Notes: generated by a model not told the origin, from the sequence alone. 27,381 nucleotides of DNA from a virus (IMGVR_UViG_3300023301_000076:1-27381), one strand, 5' to 3'. Positions 9,343-18,627 are shown, counted from the first letter of the stretch. Numbers and translations: made by a program.

Positions 9343-9345
9343 TAA

Positions 9346-12300
9346 ATGATTATCAACCTGCCGAAACTCGGCCCTGTGCAATTTGAAGATGGTCTGTCCA
9401 AAGAAGCATTTAAGCAACAGGTTGATAGTCTTGCAAAGAAGTATGGCTTCGAGGTAGATAAAGGGCCTTCGGGGCCTTCTGCTGCTTTTCGTTCTGCTAT
9501 CTCAAACCTCAAAGGTGACATCGGGCTTCTCGGTGCAAAGATGGGTATCGAGGGTGCGGAAGATTATGCAAGCCAAAAATATGAGCAGGCAGAAAATCAA
9601 TTCACCCCGTCTAAGTTTTCTGAGCACCCACTAGATTATTTGGGTGAGTTGGCTGCTGGGTCTGCTCCGTATATGGCAGCTCCTTTAGTCGCTGGTGTGG
9701 CTGGTACTATTGCCGCTCCTTTAGTTGGTATTGGCGCAGGTCTTGGTGCTGCTGGTCTTGCAACTGCGGCTTCTGCTACACAGTTCACTGGTTCTAACCT
9801 TGCACGACAAATGCAAGAAGGCGCTACGTTAGAAGATGCCGATCTTGGTAGGGCTATTGCCGGTGCTTTACCAATGGCTCTTTTGGATACTGCCGCGTTG
9901 CGTATGATGCCGGGTATCGGGCGGTTATTTGGTAACGCTGGGGTTAAAGTAACTGAACAACAACTAGCCAATATTGCTAAGAACGGTATTGTTGCGCAAA
10001 CTACAGCCGCTGTAAAGAACTATGGCCCCGCTGTTTTAAAGACTGCTACGTATGAAGGCTTAACGGAATCGGGTCAGCAGTTTATCGAGCGGCTACAAGC
10101 TAATCTAGACACGATGAGTCCTGCGGCTCAGGCTGAGTATTTGGAAAGTTTTGCTGGCGGTGCGTTACTGGGTGGCGCTCTTTCTGTTCCCGGTCGTTTT
10201 ATTGAACGCTCATCAGCTAGAAGCAAACTACAAGCTCCACAAGAACAAGCCGCTGTACCCCCACAAGAAAAAACCCTTGCTCTTCCTGCACCACCTGCTA
10301 CCCTTGCGCTTCCCGCGCCCCCTATTGCTCCTACGCCTGCGCCTGAAACGTATGCGGAAATAACTCAAACTATTGAACGTTTGAAGCGTGGGCCTAAGTC
10401 GCCTGAAGTAACGGCACAGATTCAAGCCTTACAAGCACAACGCACAGAACTAGAGCAAGCCAGTATTGAACGTGCTAGACCCGGCGCACCTACGCCACTA
10501 ACAGAACAAATTACATCCCAAGCGCCTATCCAAGGGGAGTTTAGGGAGACTGTCGATTTACCGACACAAGAGCAAGTAGCACCAGAAGCGATTGCGCCAG
10601 AGGTTGAAAAGCCAATGCCCGCTGTGCTTACACCTGAGTTGCTTAGTGCTACAGGCTTGTCTAGACAGTCTGGGTATTTCAAGCGGCTAGTTAATCTGGA
10701 TCTGATGACCTTGCCGGGTCTGGATGCGCTCGTACAAGCTAACGAAGAAATTAAAGCGAACAGTCGTATCGCTCCAGAAACTAAAGATGCCTTTAATACC
10801 ATACTCACACAAGCATTTAACTTGTATGCACAACAAGGTGAGATGTTTGGGCCACGAGGTGGAGTTGCTCCCGGTGCTGCGGAACCTGCGCCGCCTGCTC
10901 TTTCTAACGCACAGAAAATAATTACAGAAGTTGTAAAAGATAAAGATCTTAACGACCCTGCAACGGTGCAAGATATTGTCGCTAAACTAACCGCCTACGG
11001 TGAAAAAGCTAGCGGTGCAAATGCCACTGAGATTGAGTCGTTCCTCACAGACCTTGAAGCCTCAGTACCTAAAACAACGGAGGTTATTGATGCAGAACCT
11101 ACACGAGCTGACATCGGAACAGTTGAGCCTAGCATTTCGGAGCCTGTCATCGAATCGGGAGTACCCACCGAAGCAGTTACAGCACCTGACGTTCGAGGAG
11201 TGGATGTTTCTGAAGGGCCTGCTGGACTGCCTAGTGGAAGAGAAGAGTTACAGCAAGATACATTAACCGGAGAACAAATTGTCCCTGAAGCCCCTGAAGC
11301 CATCCAAGCAGAAGAAGAAGGATCGCAAGTACCCACCGCTCCAGCAGCAGGGGTAGCAGAAAATAAAATACCGCTTAGGGATGCGATTAACCGTTTGGTA
11401 CAAGAAAGCAGTTTAAAACAAGCAGATGCTGTTGAGTATGTAAACCAAGTCTCAGATAACTTTGGCGATGTTGAGTCCTCAGAGCTTGAGCAAAAGATAA
11501 AAAATAACCCTAAGTCTAAGTACTCCCAAGCACCGGCTGGCACCAAGGGTATCTCCGTCGATAAGGTTAAGAAGATCGTTGCACAGATAAAGGCATCGTG
11601 GAAGAACGCGCCTGAAATAGTTGAAGTGCAGTCCATATCTGATCTACCCCCTGCGCTTTATGCCCAGATTCTTAGAGATAAAGTTAACCCACGCGGTGCT
11701 TATGATCCTGATTCAAAGATCGTTTATTTGATTGCGGACAATCTCCGTTCAGGTACTGACGTTGCCATAACCCTAGCTCACGAGGCACTGGGTCACTTTG
11801 GCTTGCAAACAATTCTTGGTGCTAAGTTTACCGAGACGATGCTTAACATCTATAAAGGCAATGCTGGTGTACGCGCCCGTGCTGATGTGATGATCGCTGA
11901 AGGTATGGATAAGGCTACGGCAGTTGAAGAAGTCTTAGCTGAGTATGCGCAAGAAGTTTACGACGAGACCGCAACTGGTAATAACTACAAGATAAACACG
12001 CTGCAAAAGATCGTTAATATGATCCGGCAGTTCTTTGCCAACATGGGCTATCCATTAAAAGGTATAAGCGATTCAGAGATTCGTGGCCTGATTGCACAAG
12101 CTCGCGGTTATGTAGCCCAAGGTGAGGGTCGAGTAGGCAGCGGACGAGTTGCAGCTTCAGGCATTAAGTTCCGCCCCGGTACCAGTGCGTTCAAAGCGTG
12201 GTTTGGTAATAGCAAGATCGTTGACGCAGAAGGTAAGCCAAGGGTTATGTACCACGGCACTGCCCAAGATATTTCTACGTTTAGGGCTAAACAAGCAGGT

Positions 12301-15300
12301 GCTATATTTGTAACCGACAACCCAAGGGTTGCTGGAGCTTTCGCTAATCTTTCTGAAGAATGGATGGCAAGACATGCGGATGAGGTTTTTTCCCCCGAAC
12401 AACTAGCCCAGCTTAAAAAAGAAAGTAGTAAAACCGCAAAGCGTGAGGGTACAAACGCCGAAGATGAGTTCATTTTACTTGCCATTAAAAATCTTCCATC
12501 TAATGCTAACATTTTGCCGGTGTATGTTCGCGCAGAGAAGCCGTTCGACTACGAAAACCCTGCGCATGTACAAGAGTTGGAAAAACAAATATCCTTGTCA
12601 ACCAAAGATTACGTAAATGTAATAGGTGGTAGCTGGAAAGCTATTGAGTCAGAGTACATACAAAAAGCGATTAAAGCCGCTGGGTTCGATGGTTTCTACG
12701 TTAAAGAAGGTGGGGTCAAAAACCTTGCTGTATATGAGCCTACCCAAATCAAATCGGCTATCGGTAACACCGGCACTTACGATATCAATAACCCAGACAT
12801 TCGCTACAGCGCACGGGCACAAGTAAACAATGTGGGTCAGACGTTAAATGGTTTGCCTCCGTTTGCTGACAACATAAAAGAGTCGGTGTTAAACACGTGG
12901 TCTAAGGTACCGGACGCACTGCGTAAAGCTTCTATCGGCATGTTCTCGTTGCCACAGATTGAGCAGATGTTTAAGACCGCGCTGCCTTCTATTAGCAAAC
13001 TTAATTCCTTACTTGCCAAGCATGGGTTTGAGATCGCTAATGGCCGTGAACACATTGCACGTAACATCACTAAGTGGGATGCCATTGCTAAGGAGCATGC
13101 GGCTGTGCTTCCTAAATTCTTTGATATTGCTAACGAGACTACCCGTCTGCAAATAGACCCATTGGATAAGCAGTTTGCGAATAACCCACTGACCAAGCGT
13201 TTTGAGTCGCTGCCGCCAGAACTGCAAGGTATCTATAAAGAGTTGCGTAAAGAATATGACGCTTACTCTGAGCAGTTAATCCAAATGATTGAAAAGAATC
13301 TGACTGGTGATGCTGCTAAGAAGGTACGTGCCCAGTTCGAGAGCAAACGCTTAAAAGTCTACCTGCCATTCCGTCGCTTCGGTGACTACTGGTTGACCTA
13401 CACGGATAAGGCTGGCGAGCGTGTTGTTGAGTCGTTTAATAGCCCACGTGAGCGCGATATGGGTGCACAAAAAGCTACCACCGCTGGTGGTACAGACTTC
13501 AAGAACCACGCCAAGCTCTCGCAAGTATCGTATAAGTCACAACCACCTACCGGCTTTATGGGTGATGTGCTCTCAGCTATGGCTAAGAATAAAGCATCTG
13601 ATGCCACTATGAACGATGTGTACCAAGCGTACCTGTCGTACTTCCCAGCGGAGTCCTTGCGCCAGCAGTTCCGTAAGCGTGAAGATGGTGGAGTTAAGGG
13701 CTTCTCGCAAGATATTCTGCAAGCCTACGCTGATGTTGCGCCTAAGATGTCCCGTCAGTTAAACAATTTGAAGTTTGCTCCTGAAGTAGATAACGCATTT
13801 AATAGCATTAAGCAGGAGGCTACAAACAATCCGACTATAAGTGTGCGCGATGCGGTTGCTGATATTGAGCTGCGTATTGAGAATGCCCGTAGTCCAGATA
13901 TGAATGCCCTTACGAACGCTGCTAGCTACGGTAGCTACATGATGTATATCGCGGGTAACGTATCTTCCGCATTGATTAACTTGACGCAGTTACCAATGGT
14001 TGTGTATCCAATGCTGGGCGGTAAATACGGCTTTGATAAAGCAGCTAGTGCAATGAAAGCGGCGACTGCTACCTACTGGCAGGGTGGAAGAGACACGAAT
14101 ACTGCCTTTATGCCTGACCATACGTTTGGTGTAAAAGCTACTGGCGACTTGAAAGCTCTATACGAAACAGCACTTGCAAACGGTGTGCTTACCCGCTCTA
14201 CCGGATATGAGATCAATGAAGCACGTAAGAGCAAGACCGAAGACTTTACCGGTACTAAGGCTAAGGTTGAACATGGCTTGAGCTGGATATTTCAGAACTC
14301 GGAACGGGCTAACCGCGAGATTACTCTGATTGCTGCTTTTAATATGGCTAAGGCATCAGGTAAAAACACTGACGCTGCGATTCAAGAAGCACTTAACTTG
14401 ACTATCGATGCGCATGGTGTGGCTATGACATCTATGGGCCCACGGCTGTTCCAACAAGGTCTGGGTAAGGTCATCTTTACCTTCAAGCGGTTTGCTCAGA
14501 CTCAGATATACCTGCAAGGCAGGTTGTTTAAAGAAGCGTTCAGTGGGGCAGATGCAGAGACTAAGAGTATTGCCCGCCGTCAGTTGCTAGGTATAGCTGG
14601 TATGACGTACTTGTTTGCAGGTGTACAGGGCTTGCCGTTGTATGGTGGTGTCTCGTTGCTTGCTAGTATGTTGTTAGGTGACGACGATGAGCCGTTTGAT
14701 ATGGACGCAGAAGTTCGTGCAGCCATCGGTGACCTTGGATATAAAGGCCCACTAAACCAGCTAGTTAACCTAGATATCGCCTCCCGTACCGGCTTTAACG
14801 GCATGTTGTGGCGTGAAGATCCTAAACGGTTGGCTGAAGTTGGCCCAGTTACTTACACGATAGAGAAGATTGCAGGCCCTGCATATGGGGTGTTGAAAGG
14901 CTTCGAACGTGCCGGTGGTTTGTTTGCTGACGGGGAACTGGAACGCGGTTTGGAAGCTGCTAGCCCTTCGTTCTTACGTAATAGTATGAAGGCTATGAGG
15001 TTTGCTACTGAGGGTGCACTTACTAAAGATGGCACTCCAATTGTAGATAATGTTAACGCTTACAACTCCCTTATGCAGGTCTTTGGTTTCAACCCCGCAG
15101 ATGTTGCAGAGGCTGGAGCACGGGCAGGGGCTATGAAGACTGCGGAATCTAAAATTAACGCACGTAGAATATCGCTTTTAGATCAACTTGATGGCGCACG
15201 TATGAGTGGTGACATTGATGGTGAGAATGATGTACGGGATCAGATGGCTACGTTCTCCGAAAAGAATCCTGAACTGCGCATCACCAACGAAACTATCGCA

Positions 15301-15402
15301 TCTTCTTTTGCTAAACGTAGAGCTAATGAGCGGGACTCTGTTGATGGCGTTACTCTAGGTAAAAAGAACCGAGAGTATGTTATGGATGTGTACGGACAAT
15401 AA
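9346..15402 (+). CDS. Large polyvalent ejection protein (2018 aa): hydrophobic N-terminus, zincin metallopeptidase, ADP-ribosyltransferase-like domain, PLxRFG-like region
   Basis: SD GAGGA. Peptidase motifs RGAYDP...VYLIADNL...HEALGH (11779-11796)...EEVLAE. ART-like block FKAWFGNSKIVD...YHGT...IFVTDN...GFDGF...QIKSAIGNTGTY (12190-12810). YLPFRRFGDY at 13360-13389. Confidence 0.8.
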   Translation: MIINLPKLGPVQFEDGLSKEAFKQQVDSLAKKYGFEVDKGPSGPSAAFRSAISNLKGDIGLLGAKMGIEGAEDYASQKYEQAENQFTPSKFSEHPLDYLGELAAGSAPYMAAPLVAGVAGTIAAPLVGIGAGLGAAGLATAASATQFTGSNLARQMQEGATLEDADLGRAIAGALPMALLDTAALRMMPGIGRLFGNAGVKVTEQQLANIAKNGIVAQTTAAVKNYGPAVLKTATYEGLTESGQQFIERLQANLDTMSPAAQAEYLESFAGGALLGGALSVPGRFIERSSARSKLQAPQEQAAVPPQEKTLALPAPPATLALPAPPIAPTPAPETYAEITQTIERLKRGPKSPEVTAQIQALQAQRTELEQASIERARPGAPTPLTEQITSQAPIQGEFRETVDLPTQEQVAPEAIAPEVEKPMPAVLTPELLSATGLSRQSGYFKRLVNLDLMTLPGLDALVQANEEIKANSRIAPETKDAFNTILTQAFNLYAQQGEMFGPRGGVAPGAAEPAPPALSNAQKIITEVVKDKDLNDPATVQDIVAKLTAYGEKASGANATEIESFLTDLEASVPKTTEVIDAEPTRADIGTVEPSISEPVIESGVPTEAVTAPDVRGVDVSEGPAGLPSGREELQQDTLTGEQIVPEAPEAIQAEEEGSQVPTAPAAGVAENKIPLRDAINRLVQESSLKQADAVEYVNQVSDNFGDVESSELEQKIKNNPKSKYSQAPAGTKGISVDKVKKIVAQIKASWKNAPEIVEVQSISDLPPALYAQILRDKVNPRGAYDPDSKIVYLIADNLRSGTDVAITLAHEALGHFGLQTILGAKFTETMLNIYKGNAGVRARADVMIAEGMDKATAVEEVLAEYAQEVYDETATGNNYKINTLQKIVNMIRQFFANMGYPLKGISDSEIRGLIAQARGYVAQGEGRVGSGRVAASGIKFRPGTSAFKAWFGNSKIVDAEGKPRVMYHGTAQDISTFRAKQAGAIFVTDNPRVAGAFANLSEEWMARHADEVFSPEQLAQLKKESSKTAKREGTNAEDEFILLAIKNLPSNANILPVYVRAEKPFDYENPAHVQELEKQISLSTKDYVNVIGGSWKAIESEYIQKAIKAAGFDGFYVKEGGVKNLAVYEPTQIKSAIGNTGTYDINNPDIRYSARAQVNNVGQTLNGLPPFADNIKESVLNTWSKVPDALRKASIGMFSLPQIEQMFKTALPSISKLNSLLAKHGFEIANGREHIARNITKWDAIAKEHAAVLPKFFDIANETTRLQIDPLDKQFANNPLTKRFESLPPELQGIYKELRKEYDAYSEQLIQMIEKNLTGDAAKKVRAQFESKRLKVYLPFRRFGDYWLTYTDKAGERVVESFNSPRERDMGAQKATTAGGTDFKNHAKLSQVSYKSQPPTGFMGDVLSAMAKNKASDATMNDVYQAYLSYFPAESLRQQFRKREDGGVKGFSQDILQAYADVAPKMSRQLNNLKFAPEVDNAFNSIKQEATNNPTISVRDAVADIELRIENARSPDMNALTNAASYGSYMMYIAGNVSSALINLTQLPMVVYPMLGGKYGFDKAASAMKAATATYWQGGRDTNTAFMPDHTFGVKATGDLKALYETALANGVLTRSTGYEINEARKSKTEDFTGTKAKVEHGLSWIFQNSERANREITLIAAFNMAKASGKNTDAAIQEALNLTIDAHGVAMTSMGPRLFQQGLGKVIFTFKRFAQTQIYLQGRLFKEAFSGADAETKSIARRQLLGIAGMTYLFAGVQGLPLYGGVSLLASMLLGDDDEPFDMDAEVRAAIGDLGYKGPLNQLVNLDIASRTGFNGMLWREDPKRLAEVGPVTYTIEKIAGPAYGVLKGFERAGGLFADGELERGLEAASPSFLRNSMKAMRFATEGALTKDGTPIVDNVNAYNSLMQVFGFNPADVAEAGARAGAMKTAESKINARRISLLDQLDGARMSGDIDGENDVRDQMATFSEKNPELRITNETIASSFAKRRANERDSVDGVTLGKKNREYVMDVYGQ

Positions 15403-15438
15403 AAAAACCCCCCGCAGCGGTTACGCAGGGCGGGGGGT
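15401..15438 (-). terminator. Intrinsic terminator for - strand transcription
   Basis: 9-bp stem accccccgc (15407-15415) / gcggggggt (15430-15438). U-tract on the - strand only (A7 at 15401-15407). Confidence 0.8.
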
Positions 15439-15484
15439 AAAAGCGACGGAAACAGCGTGGAGAAGAACCGTCACGAAAGGAGCC
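15401..15484 (-). ncRNA. Candidate ~83-nt small RNA
   Basis: Bounded by a promoter-like sequence and the terminator, with no ORF. 5' GGCUCCUUUC, a GACGG/CCGUC hairpin enclosing UUCUUCUCCAC, then the terminator hairpin. Confidence 0.45.
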
Positions 15485-15487
15485 TTT

Positions 15488-15515
15488 AGTATATCAGAGT
15501 CTCCAAATTCGTAAA
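15488..15515 (-). promoter_or_regulatory. Sigma70-like promoter for the candidate sRNA
   Basis: TTTACG (15515-15510), 16-nt spacer, TATACT (15493-15488). The extended -10 TG is supplied by the upstream gene's TGA stop. Confidence 0.5.
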
Positions 15516-15688
15516 CCCTGAACACTTCCCTCAATGACGTGTTTAATAAGTACTTTTACTTTGAGGCGCTTAGTTACCTGTAGCACTTCTTTCTTAGCTA
15601 GGTGGCAATCCAAGCAGGGTATAAATATTGAGTAACCCCGCCTGAATTTCCCCCAGTTAATTTGGTACGTCACTCCCGCTACTTGCAT
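15494..15688 (-). CDS. Small basic phage protein (64 aa)
   Basis: SD GAGG upstream of the ATG. Overlaps the primase 3' end by 32 nt. Ends in GLRIWRL, a motif recalled from small phage proteins. Confidence 0.65.
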   Translation of the reverse strand: MQVAGVTYQINWGKFRRGYSIFIPCLDCHLAKKEVLQVTKRLKVKVLIKHVIEGSVQGLRIWRL

Positions 15689-18554
15689 TTGCTACCTCGT
15701 TAGTAACGATCTCTTCCACACTCACAAAGTCTTCGTGGTTAGTATCAAATACAAGGGCGTGAATGGCTGTGCCTTTGATCTTCGTGCCGGTATTGAGCCG
15801 CTTACTGGCAGTACCTTTATATACACCCTTAGCTTCTAGCTGCCGCAGTGTGTTCTTATAGTCCACCTGAATACGTACACAGTCATCCTTAAATGCCTTA
15901 GCTGAGAAGTACATCATCTTAGTGTCTGGCTCGAAGCGAATAAGCAGGTCACCATACGGCTCTTGGGTTGGGGCTGCGAACAACGATGTACGTGCATCTG
16001 CTTCACCGTTAACTACCAAGGTATTGCGCACATGGCGGTTGATGTAGTCACCAATGATGCTAGAGGCATCTGCTGCTGGTGGAGTAATGTCTGCACGAAC
16101 CTCACGAACCATGTTACAAGCCCACTTATAGATCGCCGCCATGTCGTAGTCGATAAGCCCAAGCTCCGAAGAGGCTACCATACCACCAGTGATATTACAT
16201 GCAACGATAGCCGACCAGAAACGCTCACGCTGTGTAAGTCCTAGTTCCTTATCCAGTTTTGCTTGGACAGTCAGTAGCGTCTGGATGATGCGTTCCTTAT
16301 TGCGCACAAGGTGCAGTGCATAGATGTCACCAGCATGGCCGTAGTTCTCGCGCAACTGATGGTCAAACATATCCTTACCTTCTTCGGTAGAGATAGCATT
16401 GCTATAACCAAGTTCATACTCCAGCAACCGCATCGACTCGCCATCGGGAGAACTCTTCAACGCACCAAGCTTCTGGTAGAAACTCGCATTCGCGCTAGCC
16501 AAAGACAGATTGCGCCATGAGGTATGGTTAACACGCATCTCGTTAGAAGATGCCTTGACACGATCTTTGCCACGCCCCTGAGACATAGCGTATACCATAT
16601 CGGAGAAGTCCTTGGCCTCCATATTCGTGATCTCGTCCATCGTAAAGGGCAGGTTGTTCATCACCCCCAGACGGTGCATACGTGCATTCATTGTGTCGCG
16701 TGGGATTGCAACTAGCCGGTCAGGGTTACCCCAAATACTATTGCACATAAACAGAGTGGTCGATTTACCCGAACCTGAACTCTTATAGATGACGTTAATA
16801 ACTGCGCCACTAAGCCCCAAGAACTTCAATAGTGGAGCACCAAAGCCAGTCAGCGCAGCGAACGCACTACCTTCCAAACCCGGACGGCTATACAAGTTAA
16901 ATACTTCCGACCACTTCTCTAACGTCCCGCATGGAACCATATGTTCTGCAATGTCTCTGGTCGCTGTCGAAGGGGGGCTATACGCTATGCCGTCTACAGT
17001 AATCTCTCTATCACCTACAATAAATTTACTATCGTTATCCGCCCAACCAAATTGTGATCTCATCATCTCAGCCTTCTTTTTTGTTTGTAAGTCTTTTACA
17101 CTCGTAATGAAAAACCCAGCAAGCGCATCCATTTGTTTCTGGTGCCCTGCAACCCCATTCATAGCCAACAGCTTACGCAACTCATCTTTAGCAACTACCT
17201 GCGTCAGTGGCGCGGAGAACTCCCGAACACCATCTTTAGGCAAGTGCAGTCTTATCAACACCATCTCGCCAGAGTTAAGGTCACTCATACGCTTAACGAT
17301 GTAAATATCATTCTCGTATACCAGCCGTGGCTCTTCTTCTTCACCTAGTGGAGTCATGTATATACCGCCCTCTTTGCCCCTAAAGTACGGATAGGGATAC
17401 TCTGGTATTACGTGCTTAACCTTAACCAACTCCACTTCACCTTCTACTTCGCCTTCTACTTCTTCAACTACTTCAACTTCATAACCATCTTCGGTAGGCT
17501 CATCACGTGCAATCTCTCGACCGAGTGTAATAGGGGATTTAAACTTACCCTTCCACTGGCAGTCACCGCATGTATTCGGATTAGCTGCATCAAATACTTC
17601 ACACGTATACGGGCCTTTAGTAAGCTGCGCCTTCTTATCCGTCTCCACCGCATCGTAGTCTGGGTGCTTGTAAGACATCTTGTGAATGCCCTCAACCCTA
17701 TCCGTGCAATACTGAGCAATAGAAAGTGCACCGCGCCAAATAGGTTCTTCTAACGATTCCTGATTCTCATACGCAAACTTGAGCTGGGCACAACCCTCAC
17801 CCTTCATGCTCTTCATCATGATCGTTTTAAACTTCGATACCCTGTTGCCTATTAAAGACATAGTCAGCGCACTCAAAGGCCGCTGCGGCATCGCGTCAAA
17901 AATAGTTACAGGCTTCTCAGTAACGCCAAGAAGTTTTACTAGCTCTTCGTATTCAATAGGTTTACCAACGGCAATAACTTCAACCGGTAGCTGCCCATCG
18001 TCTTTAAAGTTAAACGTACCCGGCACACGTAGTACACGTGACGATTCAAAACACGCAGGATCAACGATTAGCTTATGGGTAACGCACAACTGACGAATAC
18101 GTTTACTGACAGGCTTCCATTGCTCTTGCGATATAACATTTGTTAGAGGCCAGTAGACATGCAGTCCACGACCCGAGTTCACTATAATAGGCTTAGGTAG
18201 TCCAATTACTTTGCAGAAACGCTTGAGTTCAGCTAACCCTGTCTCTTGGTCAATATACCCAGCAATCTTACCGGTCTTGGAATCTGGTGTAGCTTTACTA
18301 GGGCCACAATCAATATCCATCCAGAACGACTTGAAGTACTTGGCATTCTCTTGCTCACGATTCTCATTCGTGCCGAACTTTGCGCACCCAAAGAAAACGT
18401 CTCGACCTTGCTCAACCTGATTCGCTACTTCCCTATCTAACTCTTCTCTCGTCGCTACTAGCTTTTGTTTTGGACTGACTTTGCCTCTGATGCTAAATAC
18501 ACAGAACCAGCCGTCTGGGGCAAGTACTGTATCGAGCAAATCAAAAGGAGTCAT
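15657..18554 (-). CDS. Primase-helicase: AEP/RepB-type primase, Cys-rich domain and DUF927-like helicase (965 aa)
   Basis: Primase motifs FWMDID, SGRGLHVYW, RVLRVPGTFN. Helicase region QFGW, Walker A SSGSGKST, Walker B FTMDE, SQGRGKDR. Confidence 0.9.
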   Translation of the reverse strand: MTPFDLLDTVLAPDGWFCVFSIRGKVSPKQKLVATREELDREVANQVEQGRDVFFGCAKFGTNENREQENAKYFKSFWMDIDCGPSKATPDSKTGKIAGYIDQETGLAELKRFCKVIGLPKPIIVNSGRGLHVYWPLTNVISQEQWKPVSKRIRQLCVTHKLIVDPACFESSRVLRVPGTFNFKDDGQLPVEVIAVGKPIEYEELVKLLGVTEKPVTIFDAMPQRPLSALTMSLIGNRVSKFKTIMMKSMKGEGCAQLKFAYENQESLEEPIWRGALSIAQYCTDRVEGIHKMSYKHPDYDAVETDKKAQLTKGPYTCEVFDAANPNTCGDCQWKGKFKSPITLGREIARDEPTEDGYEVEVVEEVEGEVEGEVELVKVKHVIPEYPYPYFRGKEGGIYMTPLGEEEEPRLVYENDIYIVKRMSDLNSGEMVLIRLHLPKDGVREFSAPLTQVVAKDELRKLLAMNGVAGHQKQMDALAGFFITSVKDLQTKKKAEMMRSQFGWADNDSKFIVGDREITVDGIAYSPPSTATRDIAEHMVPCGTLEKWSEVFNLYSRPGLEGSAFAALTGFGAPLLKFLGLSGAVINVIYKSSGSGKSTTLFMCNSIWGNPDRLVAIPRDTMNARMHRLGVMNNLPFTMDEITNMEAKDFSDMVYAMSQGRGKDRVKASSNEMRVNHTSWRNLSLASANASFYQKLGALKSSPDGESMRLLEYELGYSNAISTEEGKDMFDHQLRENYGHAGDIYALHLVRNKERIIQTLLTVQAKLDKELGLTQRERFWSAIVACNITGGMVASSELGLIDYDMAAIYKWACNMVREVRADITPPAADASSIIGDYINRHVRNTLVVNGEADARTSLFAAPTQEPYGDLLIRFEPDTKMMYFSAKAFKDDCVRIQVDYKNTLRQLEAKGVYKGTASKRLNTGTKIKGTAIHALVFDTNHEDFVSVEEIVTNEVANASSGSDVPN

Positions 18555-18579
18555 ATTATTTTTACTTATAAAAAGGGGT

Positions 18580-18605
18580 AAAAAAGGGGAGACCGTAATC
18601 TCCCC
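18580..18605 (-). terminator. Intrinsic terminator between the HTH gene and the primase-helicase
   Basis: The - strand reads GGGGAGAU-UACG-GUCUCCCC-UUUUUU: 7 Watson-Crick pairs plus U-G, a UNCG loop and a U6 tract. Confidence 0.85.
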
Positions 18606-18627
18606 GTACTACTGTAGTGCCCTACAA

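Noticed and set aside
10995-11636. Long antisense ORFs (10995..11636, 16789..17304, 8662..9072 and similar)
   Set aside because: They lie wholly opposite well-supported genes, show no motifs, and are expected from codon bias.
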